Shown here: piece by piece, positions 1 to 11,611 of the stretch | How the letters are laid out: the number at the start of each line of letters is the position of its first letter | How positions within the stretch are numbered: the stretch's first letter is position 1 | NCBI RefSeq assembly: GCF_000143415.4 | Contig: NW_003314286.1 | Location: forward strand, 1,611,718-1,675,717 | Direction of reading: 5' to 3' | From: Selaginella moellendorffii | Taxonomy: Eukaryota; Plantae; Lycopodiophyta | DNA: 64,000 nt | Position numbers and translations under genes: made by a program | Notes under the pieces: generated by a model | What the model was told of the DNA's origin: nothing | Database searches by the model: none | Seen by the model: only the letters and a program-made list of their open reading frames with translations

Positions 1-32
1 TTTGCCACGCCCCAGCCAGGCGCCATCGCCAT
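1..32 (-). CDS. Possible 5' end of a gene running off the left edge (MAMAPGWGVA...)
   Basis: Minus-strand ATGGCGATGGCG starts at 32, with a TTAGGGCT motif just upstream as seen before other starts in this window. Too short to identify. Confidence 0.3.
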   Translation of the reverse strand, partial: MAMAPGWGVA

Positions 33-207
33 CACGAGGAGCCCTAAATTCCAGGCCCGTTAGAGAGAATATCCACGTATGTAAATCCTTGCATCGAGAA
101 AATTCTTTGGCGGCGTGGGCCTAGCGATGACCTCGGAGGAGAAATCCACGTGCCCGGGAGAGTCGACAAGGTTGATCAGGTACTCGTTCCCGTCTCTGGA
201 AAGCGCC

Positions 208-3200
208 ATGGCTATGGCGCTCGAGGCGCAATGCACGGCATTGATCAATCTGCGGCAGCGCTCTTCGATCTGGAGCGCGAAGGCATCGCAATATCGCCCC
301 AGGAGCGCGCTGCGATGTTGCGGCCCTGTGGTTTTCGTCCAAGGGATTCAGCTGGAACACATCAAGTCCTGGATCCAAGATAGGTTTGAGCATCGCAAGC
401 GCTTGATCGGGATCGATGACGCTGAGGAATCCGGCGGCTCTCTCGTCGAGGACGATCGTGCCAAATTTAACCTCGACCTCGCGGTGATGCTGGCTGGATT
501 CGCATTCGAGTCCTACAATTCTCCTCCTGTAAGCTTGCGAGTTCTTTGTTCTTTCTCTTGCTCCTTTGGAGGCTTGCGATTTTTCTTTTCTCCTTTGTAA
601 GCCTGCGAATTTGTTTTTCTCTTGCTCCTTTGTAAGCTTGCAAGTATATGTTCTCTCCTGTTCTAACTTGAACTTCTCGGCACCGTTCTTCCAGCCAAAC
701 GTTGGGATTCGCGAGACGGATGGACAGAGCTGCGAGACTACTTACATGTCCGAGTACGTAACTTATCGAATTGTTCTTGGACGTTTCTTCATTTGAGCTG
801 TGTGATGCAGTGGTCTCATGCGTGAACTGTATCACGGACAACTTACGGTTAAACTGGAAAAAGGTGTCAGTCTTCCAGGGCTTGATCTTTGGGTATGGTG
901 TACTTGGGTTCTTTTTGATCGACAATGAAAGTGCAGGGAACAAGTGATCCTTACGTGTGGCTTCGAATAGGAAATTGTGCTAAGCAGAGCAAAACGGCAT
1001 GGGCGTAAGTGAAAACTTCCTCGAAATATTGTTAAGTATGTTTGTCCGCGCAGAACAAAAGACCCTGTTTGGAATGAAACACATGTTCTAAATGTTGCTG
1101 ATCCTTTGACGCAGTCCTTGAAGGTAGAATTTTCAAAAACGATGTCGGCTAATGTTGCAGCTTATTCGCAGGTTGCTGTGTGGGATGCTAATATTCTAAG
1201 CGTGCACAAACGATTAGGAAACTATGAAGTTGAGCTCAGCACTTTGTGTGATGGTAGGAGTCATTCTACTGTTTTCTCTTTTTGTTTTGTAATGCGTAAT
1301 GCGTACAGGAACGGCTCATGACATCGAAATGCAATTGGAAGGCATGGGAGGTGGTGGGTCACTTTATCTCAAGGTCAGATGTTTCTTTTCTCGAATTAGT
1401 GCCTGACTATTGAATATGTATATCCAGGTCCAGTACAAGAGTTTTGCTGATATAGATGGAGAGAATAGCGTGTGGGAAGTTCCTTTTCTGTCCGACTTGA
1501 TCAAAGGAGGCATCGGAAACGTTTTGACGTCGGTCCTTGGCCCGGACGGGATAAAGGTCCAGGACTTCGTAGGCTCAACGATCGGTTCGTTACACCTCTT
1601 GCCTTCTACATCAGCTGCTAATGAAACATACCAAGAAGCATCATCCAACGGGGCAGACTTGATCAACAGCGTAGCAAATGCTATGAAGAACTGCCTGGGT
1701 GGTTTTGACTTGCACCCTTCAAGTCTCTGGAATTTTCATGGTGAAGACCATGACACGTTGAAGGAGTCGGGATTAGAGCTACAGGCTAGAGCTGAAGCGC
1801 ACTACTTAGAGAAACGTTTAGTTCATCCGAGCAGTGAGGAGTCCGAAAGTATCGCAGAGGCGGTCCTTCCCGAGGTTAAGGAGACGTTGCTGAACATTTC
1901 AGGACGTGTGGAGGAAACTCTCGGTTCGTTGTTGATGCTGGCTATCGGACGAAGTACTGGAAGTGATAAGCCAAATGATGCCGCAGAAGTCATTCAGAAT
2001 TCGCCTCTACTAGATGTTTCTCAACGGGAAAAAATGCGAAAGATGTTTAAACGAGCAGAGACCGCGATGGAAGCTTGGGCAATCTTGTCGACGTCGCTCG
2101 GGCGGACGAGTTTTGTCAGATCCGAATTCGAGAAGATCTGCTTCCTAGAAAGCAAGAACACAGACACGCAGGCAAGCCTCTGTTGAACTTGAAAAGAAGC
2201 GTAACTTTCTGTACAGGTTGCAGTATGGCGTGATCTTCGTGGCAAAAGACTCGTCGTAGCTTTCCGCGGGACTGAGCAGGTTTTTCTTTCATTAAGTCGC
2301 TGTCTATCAACTTTATTCCTTTTCAGGATAAGTGGAGAGACTTGGCAACAGATCTGATGCTAGCCCCCACCGGGTGAGCTGATTTTCTTTCTCCTTTACG
2401 GAAGTGCCTGGATTGATGGTCCTTCCTGCAGCTTTAATCCAGAACGTGTTGCTGATGGTGGTTCGGACGATGAGATAATGGTAAGGTGGCTGTATTTTAT
2501 AGAACAAGGCTTCATCTTTTCTATAACAGGTGCATACTGGTTTTCTAACAGCCTACGACTCTGTCAGGCATCGGCTTTTGTCTATTATCAAGGCATCCAT
2601 CACTAGCAGGTTTTCTGCAAGCTTCATCCTTAAGTGTTATCTCTTGTGTTGCGCAGGAATGACGAAGCTGGTGATGCAGAGCTATCAAAATGGCATATCT
2701 ATATCACCGGGCATAGCCTGGGCGGCGCTCTGGCAACACTTTTGGCGAAGGATCTTTCTAAGACGATGTTCAAGTACTTCTTATCGTTTTTTTTCATGGA
2801 AACTCATATCCGGTCTTCGTTTTTATGCTATACATCAGACAGAAGGAAGTGAATCTCTCAATGTACAACTTCGGTTCTCCACGGGTGGGAAACAGAGCAT
2901 TCGCTGACCAGTACAACAAGGTGCGTCACAGCTTGGTACTGTAAACTCAATCACTTGGAACTCGAAATCCTACCAGGTTATCAAGGATAGCTGGCGCATT
3001 GTCAACCATCGTGATATTATTCCCACTGTGCCTCGGCTCATGGGTTACTGCCATGTTGCTCAGGCAATCTACTTGTCCAGTTTAGAGGTAGACGCATTCT
3101 TCCATCTTGAAAACTACAAAACTTAAAGTTTGATTGTTTTCACAGAAGACAAGCGAGCTCGAGGAGGATGTCATTGGAGAAGCCACACCCGGTGGAATCG

Positions 3201-3531
3201 TAGGAGAGTTCGTAAGCAACTATCGTTTTTCTCAACTTTGCCTGAAAGGTTTTCGCTTGATCCAGCTGAAAGGAGAGAAGCAGCTAATCAACAAGCTCAT
3301 CCAGACCGAGATTGCGATGCTGAGAACTCTCAGGGATGGAACCGCCCTGATGCAACACATGGAAGATTTCTACTACATTTCACTGCTGGAGGTATAAATT
3401 TTCTTCGTTCTCGTTATGTATGCTAAACTGGTCATATATCTTAGAGGGCTCGAACCGCCGGTACAAATTGTAATGTCACTGAGATTTGTGCCGCTCTCTC
3501 CACGAACCAGGAGGATACCAAAGCCGTGTAG
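208..3531 (+). CDS. HIL1: Plastid-type class-3 lipase with C2 domain (HIL1/At4g13550-like), multi-exon
   Basis: [18 protein letters not shown]-terminal motif; C2-like exons (SDPYV, DPVWNE); [13 protein letters not shown]; nucleophile GHSLG at ~2710; [10 protein letters not shown]; [10 protein letters not shown]; HMEDFYY. The last exon and stop are uncertain (3473 or 3531). Confidence 0.85.
524..645 (+). repeat. Four degenerate ~30-37 bp tandem units (CTCCT[TT]GTAAGCTTGCGA...) at the start of lipase intron 1
   Basis: Read directly: gtaagcttgcga, ggaggcttgcga, gtaagcctgcga, gtaagcttgcaa, each preceded by ctcct(tt). Confidence 0.75.
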
Positions 3532-3618
3532 CTGAACAACATCAGGAGCTCTTGTCCTGTGCGTTACAGCCTTGTAAAATATTACTCCCGCGAAAAATGT
3601 AAGTTCTCTTGAGAGATG

Positions 3619-5212
3619 CTATACTTGTTGAGCAGTGTCCGTTTTGCCTTGTAGTTCCACACTCTCTGGCTCTTTGACCGCTTGTTTCGTTCGATCAGTC
3701 GCTCCAGCGTACGACTTGTAGTACAGCGATCCAAACACCAAAAGCTGCACACGAAAAAGTAAGAAGTAAATAAAAGGCTCTGCCGGTAACGAAAAAAGGC
3801 TGACTTACCGTGCCTAACCATTGCTTCCAGCTCAAGGGATGAGCAAACCACAAGCACGATAACAAGATGCTCACCAGCTGCAAGGGAGGAAGAATGATTT
3901 CATAGAGATCATTAAATGTGAGATAGTGCACCTGTCTGGTGGTCATGATAATGGCAAACGTGAGCGCTCCAAACGTCTTAATGGTGTGATTGATGAAGAA
4001 CTGGCTGGCGGTGGCCGCCTGTCAAAGGAGACCAAAAGTCTAGACGTGAAAGAGCGGTAACATACCAAAGACAGAAGGAAAACATGGAAGAAGCAATCCC
4101 TGTGGCGGCTAATAAAGGAAAGAGCTGGGAACAAGTTTCCTTGGGTCAAGAGTCCTGCATTTCCACCACACCACTTTAGTCTAAGCGAAATGCGTGGAAA
4201 AGCGAGCATTTACCAAAAGTACTCAGAGCACAGGAGCATAGCGTCACGTACAAAATCTGGTTGAACACTTCCATACTATAGCCTTTGAAAAGCTTGTCCT
4301 GGAATGTGCTCGTAAACCCGTCAAAACTGCACATCACGAACGAACCAACTTGGTATCATGAAATGCGCATTAGCGGCAGTACCCCAAATAGCCGGCCATG
4401 AGAGCGAGTCCCCAGATAGAATTCTCTCCTCCACTCAAGCTTTTCGTTTGAGCCCCGTCCTGGAAAAGAAAAACCCGATCAGAGCAACGATCTCGGGAGG
4501 AGAAAAGAGAGCTCATACACCATACAGGAGAAAGACTGCAGCACCTGCTGTGATGCAAAGCGCCAGCAAGTAATCCCGCAAACCGTATCTCTTTTGCATG
4601 ATCAAAGTTCCCCAAATCTGTGAAACAGCTAAAAGAAGCAACTCATCCAGAGTTAAAAAAAGAAGGATCACTTACCATCACAGGGATCATCTTGGCAGAC
4701 TTTCCCAGCGTTTGCACAGGAAAGCTAACGTACTTCAAAGCCTGGACAAAGGAAAACTTTAAAAGTCCCAGTGAAGAGCGCCACACAAACCTCATACTGG
4801 CAAGTGGTTGCCAAAATATTTGACAAGGAGACACCGCCATACTTGTAAATCGGGGCAACGGGAGAGAGATCCTTCTTAAGAACCTACAGCCAAAGCGATG
4901 AAAACTCTCTCCTCTGAGAAGAAAAAAATCCCGATCGATGTTCCTCACCAGCATTACGGTTATCGCGAAGGCGCACGTCAAAATCCGGTTGCAAAAGACG
5001 AGAAAAAGCGAGTACTGGAAGAATTCGCCGCTGGAGCCGTAGGGAACCCGGATTATCCTCTCCTGCGAGAAATTTCCAAGGGAGGCGTCTCACTGGAGAT
5101 GGATCTAGCAGCGCACTACCTGCATCACGCCATAGACGAGCAGCGTGGCCATGATGCACACGACGCAAGCCGCCAGCTCCATCCATCGCCTTCGAAACAA
5201 CACAAGCTCCAT
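3619..5212 (-). CDS. UDP-galactose/UDP-glucose or PAPS transporter (SLC35B/UAA family, UTR5-like), multi-exon
   Basis: ATG at 5212 (MELVLFRRRW...TLLVYGVMQ); [50 protein letters not shown]; last exon LLVFGSLYYKSY...QV* with stop at 3619. Confidence 0.88.
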
Positions 5213-5633
5213 TTGCGCCCAAAACCCTAAAATCCAAACGATGATGACGTGGCAAAGGATATATTTGTCGTCGTGTAAAAAATAGCTCTAAGGGTAACTT
5301 AAGTTGGCACGATATCTTCCTACAAACCTAAAAAAGTTGAAAAATATTCTGGACAAGAACAAGACCTCTTTGCGAATATACGTTTCCCTCTCTTTCGTCA
5401 GTAGTGGCAGTGCACCAAACTCTCTTCACTCTTTTTCTTTTTTCTTTGGCTTTTCAGTGTTGGAAGTACGATCGATCGATCGATTCATCGCTCAGAAGAA
5501 GGCGTAACTTGCCTGCAAAAAAACTTTTAGAACCTGCTCACCTTTTGTGTTTTTTTCTTCTTTTTTTCGTTTTCGATGTAGGTACTGATCTATTTGGTTG
5601 TCGATACTTCTTTCCATTCCACCAGTTAGAAGA

Positions 5634-7122
5634 TCACTTTCCCTGCAGTACCTTGCCAGGATCCAATTGGCCGCTGCAGTAGCTCGAAGGAACAGCCGAG
5701 AGTTCTTGACGGCCCCTCCATTCCTCGCCCGGTTTGAGAGTTATGGGAGTCTCGATGACCGCGGGTTCCACGCAAACCATGTGTAAGTACTCGTCGTCGC
5801 CAAAGTCCGACATGGCTTTCGCCCTCTTGTCCCAAGGATTCCACACAACTGCACCAGAGAATTATGAGCGCTTGTTAGCTGTTCCTTGTCCCAGTAGATC
5901 ATAACTAAAGAAAGATCTACAAGAAATCTAAAAGAATGATAAACGAAATGCGCACCTGCATCGGGAAAGCCTTCCTTCTTCACCACAATAGTTCTCTTCT
6001 TCTCGTGATCGACTATAGCGATTTTCGTCGGAGCTCCCAAGTAAACTTTGTCCACCTATAAACAAAACATTTAGTCGACGGAGACAAGAGCCTCAAGATG
6101 CAAAGATGTGGTACCTCGCCGTCAAAAGTGATGGAATCCCCTTGCTCGGTGAAGCGTTTCCGTTGTTGCAAGTTGTCCATATATTCCAGTGTTTCCAGCC
6201 CTTCGATGCGTACTTCACTGGAATTACGTTACGGTTTAGAAGTCTTTAACTAGACAAGACCTCACTTGATGTCAGAAACGGAAAAGTATGTATGGAGAGC
6301 AATCGTGAAGCTGAAAGATTTGTTGTCCGTGTTGGTGTTTCTGACGCGAATAGTTTGAGCCAAATCTCCCCCGCGTTTTAGAGTAACACGCATTCTCACT
6401 TCAAAGCTGTTGACACACACACATACGTTTGTTTGAGTCGACAGCTCTCGACAAAAGACAAATAGAATAAAGCGGAGTTTTTGAGTACCTGTGCGGCCAA
6501 GCATCTTCGCTGGATTTAAGGATAAGATCGACTGTACTGTTTTTGTTGCTGCTACAGCTCCCGCTACCGCTCGAGTTTAGAATGGGAGGCGGATCCGTGT
6601 CGATTGCCCATACTCTGTTCCTCGCGAAACCATGCTGCTCCAGCGTTCCCAAGTTTGAGAACTACAAACAAATTATAGGAGAAAACGTTTAGAGCAACTT
6701 ATTACAACTCAAGCACAAACCTGTGGAAAGCAAACGGGGATTCCACCACGAATGGCCTTTGGTGGCTTAAAAATCGCCTGCACCGACCGAAGAAGCTTTT
6801 CAGAAGTCCCGCAGCACCTTTGTGTAAAGAATGAAAAAAAAAACAGAAAAGAAAAGAAACCTTGCAACTTAAAAACAGGAGTTCTTCACCCCGTTCGTTT
6901 TTCCATGATGTCACCTGACCTCCATAGAGATGGACCTGTGCAAACAGTGATGAGACCCAGCAGCAAACGCAAACACTCCCAAAGAAAATGGAAGGAAGAA
7001 AAATTAAAACAGAGAACCTCTCCTACAAGAAGAATGGAACTAACCTGAGCAGTAGCGCCCAGTGGTTCGCGAAGAACGACTTTGTCCATGCCAGCCGCAT
7101 CCTTGACCAGGGATGTTGTCAT
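5634..7122 (-). CDS. Glucose-6-phosphate 1-epimerase (aldose 1-epimerase family), multi-exon
   Basis: DKVVLREPLGATAQV; SWKNERGEELLF; KAIRGGIPVCFPQF; QHGFARNR; FTIALHTYF; WNPWDKRAKAMSDFGDDEYLHMVCVE. Confidence 0.92.
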
Positions 7123-7981
7123 CGCAACAAGATCATCGATTCAATGCAGCCTTGAAAAATCGAGAAAGAGGAGAAGAGGGAAAGAACAAAGAAACCAAGA
7201 AATATTTCAACCTAGGAAGCGATTATGGCGTGGGAAAAATATACCTGTCGATCGCTAGCGCCAGGCAGAGAAAGAGCGCCGATTCTTCGTCAAGGACGCG
7301 CTCCCATCAATCGACCAATGGGATGGATCAATTTACGAAGCAATCAATCCCCCTCCGGCTTTGCTGCGTCAATTTCCTGCTGCTGCAGCGCGTCGCCAGA
7401 GGGAATCCGATCGGATTCGCGATTACCTAGAGCGCGCGCGCGCGCGGCTTGGCCGATCGATCGCAACAAGAAAATAGAGGCGATGGCGCACAGCTCCGGG
7501 CCAGGCAGGGCTGCCAGAAGAGAGGGAAAAATGCGAGCGCGCACAAAACACACACACGCGCACAGGGAGGAAAAGGCTGGCAGGGCAGCATTTTAGATTT
7601 GGGCTGTATCGACGCATCTGGCCCGTAGGGTGCCTTCGCATCCGGCGGGCGGAGAACTCCCACGCGGCGGGATTTCGAAAGGGACACATCCAACGGCCAG
7701 CTCCAGTTGGATTGATTGACCCGTGCATGTCAAAGGCCAAATCTTCATTTGCGAGATCTTTGCTAAGTGGATGGAGATTTTCTTGTGGTTGTTGTTTCTG
7801 CCATTTGGAAAAAAAATCACTGGAAAAGTAAAAAAAGGAGGAGTAGGAGGTACTTTTTGTCTTGAGAGTGGGGATAAATTTTCTATGGTGTTGGATCATC
7901 ATTCTAGAAGCTTGCGTACCTGGTGGGATAATTTTTTATAAAAGCTGGCACAGGTTATTTCGCTAATCTTTTGCAACCTAA

Positions 7982-8054
7982 GGGGGTGTAGCTCAGATGG
8001 TAGAGCGATCGCTTCGCATGCGATAGGTAAGGGGATCGATGCCCCTCACCTCCA
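7982..8054 (+). tRNA. trnA-CGC: tRNA-Ala(CGC)
   Basis: Acceptor stem GGGGGTG/CACCTCC-A with the G3:U70 Ala identity pair; anticodon arm ATCGC-TT CGC AT-GCGAT; T arm AGGGG-ATCGATG-CCCCT; T-rich tract follows. Confidence 0.96.
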
Positions 8055-8108
8055 TTTCTTTTCCGGATACATTGACTTGACCGTTTTTTAGGGCTCTTGT
8101 TTTAAGCT

Positions 8109-8788
8109 ATGGCGGTTTGGAGGAGAAGCTCGCTGCTCAACGCCGCGGCGACGCCCATTCTCCAGCAACGGCGCAATGCGGTGAGCGCTCCCCTCTCTCC
8201 CCGATCGCATTCTCAGCGCAAGAGATTCTCACAGCTTGATCGCCGCCGCTGCCGCAGCAAATCCTCTCCCCCGACATGGACATTGATCCGCCCTACGGTG
8301 GCTGCGCGATCGACACGCAGCTGGAGCGGCGCCTCGATCGCTTGGCCAGGGAGAAGGAGAGGATCGCCAGGGATTACGCCAGATCCGCCGCGCAGGGCAC
8401 TCGAATGTCCTTCCGGCGTGAGTCCGACAAGTACATGAGGCCCTACTTCTTAATCATCGACTTCCCCAAGCGATCCATCCACGCCAAGATCGTCCACAGG
8501 GCGCAGCACACGACGGTGGCATCCGTGGGCACCAATTCCCGGGATTTGAAGGCGTTCCTGCCGGACAAGACCGATCTGGCGGCGTGCCGCTTCACGGGCG
8601 AGCTCCTGGCTCGCCGCGCCAAGGAGGCGGATTGCTACGCTGTGGCCTTCAATGGATCGCGGGTGGAGGGGAGGCTGGCAGTGGTGATCGACTCGCTGGT
8701 GGACTGTGGGATCAGTGTCTACCGCATGGATCGAGAGATTTTGCTGAGCAGAGAGCCGGGTAAAAATTCTTCTTTTAGTTCTAGGTAG
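8109..8788 (+). CDS. Organelle-targeted uL18-like protein (uL18-L1/At1g08845 subfamily), 2 exons
   Basis: Arg/Ser/Ala-rich presequence exon, GTGAG...GCAG intron, then SFRRESDKYMRPY...VGTNSRDLK...ACRFTGELLARRAKEAD...VIDSLVDCGISVY. Confidence 0.85.
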
Positions 8789-9043
8789 GATCAAAAAGTA
8801 GCAAGTGCTCTTTGCGATATCCCAGCGAGGTTTTCCTCTCACACTGGTACGTAACCTTGAAAGTTTCGATCGTCCTACTTTACTTGGTGTTTCTCATAAC
8901 AGGATCGATCGCTCCTCGAGCTCCCAGTTTCTCACCCAAGTGTTCTTGATCAAGTAATCGGATGGGATGACTTTCTAACTTAATGATCTTGATCCACCTC
9001 TCCAGCTTTTGATAAAGGAAAGCTTTCGCAGCTCAATCGATCG

Positions 9044-9711
9044 TCACTTTTGGCTCGAGTTCCTGGCCAGCATGATCCCCTTGTCCGCGTGGTAGACACT
9101 GATCCCGCAGTTGGCCACCGCCTCCACCACCGCGGCCAGCTTCCCTTCCAGCCGCTCCAACTTCCGCGGGATGTAGATCACCGAGTAGCAGTCCGCCTCC
9201 TTCGCGCGATCCGCCAGCGTCTCGCCGACGATCCGGCACGCCGAGAGGTCCGACCGCGACGGCAGCATCGCGCGCATGTCCTTGGAATTGGTGGACACCG
9301 CCGCGACCACTCTCCCCCTCGACCTGTGCATGATCGTGGCGTTGACATACTTGGACGAGAGATGGACGTCGAGGCAGAAGGGCCTCATGTACTTGTCGGA
9401 GCGCTGGCGGAAGGAGCCCACATTGCTGCTGCGGTCCTCGCTGAGCGATCGGTTGTAGCGATCCACGATGCCCTCCTTGCGGCGCTCCATCTTCTGGCGG
9501 AGGCGCTGCGCCTCGTCGGGATCCAGGACCTCGTATTTGTCCACCTGTGGCGGCTTGAGCATCTGGAGAAATCGGAGAGAGATTATCATCAGCGCAAGCG
9601 ATCAGAGAGGGAGGAGATTGCTAGACTCACCGCGGCGCCGCGCCATTGCTGGTGATCGAAGCCGGCATTGCGTTGCGGGACAAGGCATCGCCGAGCGATC
9701 CTCCCCGCCAT
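9044..9711 (-). CDS. Organelle-targeted uL18-like protein (paralogue), 2 exons
   Basis: MAGRIARRC... presequence, intron, then SFRQRSDKYMRPFCLDV...STNSKDMR...ACRIVGETLADRAKEAD...LEGKLAAVV. Confidence 0.87.
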
Positions 9712-9811
9712 AGCCAACAAAAGGTCTAGGGCATTTTAGAATCTGGAGACTATTCTTAAACAGAATATTACTCTAGAATATGCTCCTTTTGTTTTAAGGT
9801 TTTAAAACACC

Positions 9812-9947
9812 TTTTAAGCAGGGAAGGGTTTATCTCAAGGGCCAGATAAATCCTCCCCTGCTTTAAAGTTGTTTAGAAAGTTTAACAGAGGGAGCCAAGA
9901 GAATATTCTCTTCCGCAGTATTTTAAGCAGGGGAGGGTTTATCTGGC
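9812..9947. repeat. Three copies (direct, inverted, direct) of a 24-27 bp motif TTTTAAGCAGGG(G)AGGGTTTATCT
   Basis: Copies at 9812-9835, 9841-9867 (inverted) and 9921-9947; the last two match at 25/27 positions as inverted repeats. Confidence 0.8.
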
Positions 9948-9968
9948 GCTCGAGTAAGTTTTGGGGCC

Positions 9969-11056
9969 ATGTCGTGCTTAGCCGTCTCGAGCGAAGAAGT
10001 GAGGCGATGGCATTTTCTTCTTTTCGCAGATCGAATGAATGGATTTTTTCTTTCTCTCTTTCCAGATCACACAGCAGGAGGGAGCGCCCAAGGCTCGCAG
10101 CTCTCACGCGGTGGCTGTGGTGGGATCCAAGGCCTATGTGTTTGGCGGCGAGTTTGAGCCTCGCGTTCCCATCGATAACAAGGTCCATGTCTTTGATCTT
10201 CGCCAGAGGAGCTGGGCAGTGGCGGAGTCGCGGGGAGAAATCCCCAGCGCCAGAGTTGGCGTCGCAATGACCGCCGCTGGCAACACCATCTTCGTGTTTG
10301 GAGGTCGGGACGAGCAGCACCAGGAACTTAACGAGTTCTTCTCGTTTGATACCGTGACCGGCGAGTGGAGGCTCTTGTCAGCCGAAGAGACGAGTCCTCC
10401 TCACAGGTTTGCATATCTTTTCTTTTCTCGATTCACGACTTCTCGCTCGATTGCCTGCCAGGAGCTATCACACTTTAGCGGCGGACAAACAAGGCGAAAA
10501 CATCTATACCTTTGGAGGTTGCGGAAAAGCTGGCCGTTTGAACGATCTCTGGGTGTTTAACATCGAGTCGAGCACCTGGAAGAAACTCCCGGAGTCGTCG
10601 ACCCTGGCACCGAGAGGAGGTCCCGGCTTGGCAATCGTCAATGGAGCTGTGTGGGTCATCTTCGGCTTCTGCGGGGACGAGCTTACAGACGTCCATCGTT
10701 TCGACATCGCCAGCCAGACCTGGGAAGAAGTTCAGGTTTCCTGCTCTTCTTTGCAGAAGCCGATCGGCCGGAGCGTCTTTGGAACTTCGTGCGTTGGAAA
10801 CAAGATCTTCCTCTACGGAGGCGAAGTGGATCCGAGTGACTTGGGACACCTTGGAGCTGGAGCGTTCACCGACGAGCTGCTAGTACTTGACACGGAGAAG
10901 CTGGTGTGGGAGAAGCCGAGACTGGAAGGAAAGCATCCTGGAGCCAGAGGATGGTATGCTGCTGCTGGATTCGAGAATTCGATGCTTGTTTACGGAGGGA
11001 ACTCGGCAACGAACGATCGGCTGGATGACATGTTCCTTCTTTCCGTCCGAGCGTGA
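9969..11056 (+). CDS. Kelch-repeat beta-propeller protein, nitrile-specifier-protein-5-like
   Basis: ARSSHAVAVVGSKAYVFGGEFEPR; ARVGVAM; RSYHT; RGGPG; RSVFG; GGEVDPSDLGHLGAG; ARGWYA; GGNSATNDRLDD. The first exon is uncertain. Confidence 0.88.
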
Positions 11057-11383
11057 TAGTTCAGGTTTGTTGGTTGTGAATAATGAAGTTTCGTCTGCTG
11101 TTGCTTTGCTTGATAACCAGCTTAGTATGAGTCTTTGTAGCCAGCAGAAAGTGGATGTACCGTTATGACTCTTCTTTGGAATGGAGTCTCTCCCTGTCGA
11201 AGGTGTTGAGTGTGTGTTCTTCGAGGGGAAGAAAAGAAGAATCTGTAGCATAGCACGGCGTTGCTGGCGAGTTTGCCTTTTTGTTTGGTCGATTCTCGCT
11301 AAGCCTGTGCGTTGTTCTTACAGTGACAGGGTTCGGTTTGGTGTGTGCGTCCTTGCTTATAACTCAGCTATGGCTGCAGCCGC

Positions 11384-11416
11384 TGCCACTGCCACTGCCA
11401 CTGCCACTGCCACTGC
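11384..11416. repeat. (TGCCAC)5 hexanucleotide microsatellite between convergent genes
   Basis: Read directly from the sequence. Confidence 0.85.
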
Positions 11417-11611
11417 AAAAGGCAGTGAAGCCATTAGATGGCGAAGACGACTACTGAAAAAGAGAAATAAAGAGGAAAAACAAGACGTACCAGCAAAAAT
11501 TTGTGGATCCTTCCTACATAGAGTAAGTAGCTCCAAGTGCAAACAAAACAATCGTCAACACCGAAAGAGTGAGAAAGCAAAAAAAAAAAGGAGCGAAGGA
11601 AGGAATGAATT

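Noticed and set aside
60-248. ORF as a functional eEF2/EF-G gene
   Set aside because: Only 23 codons match and the flanks are unrelated; reported as a captured fragment instead.
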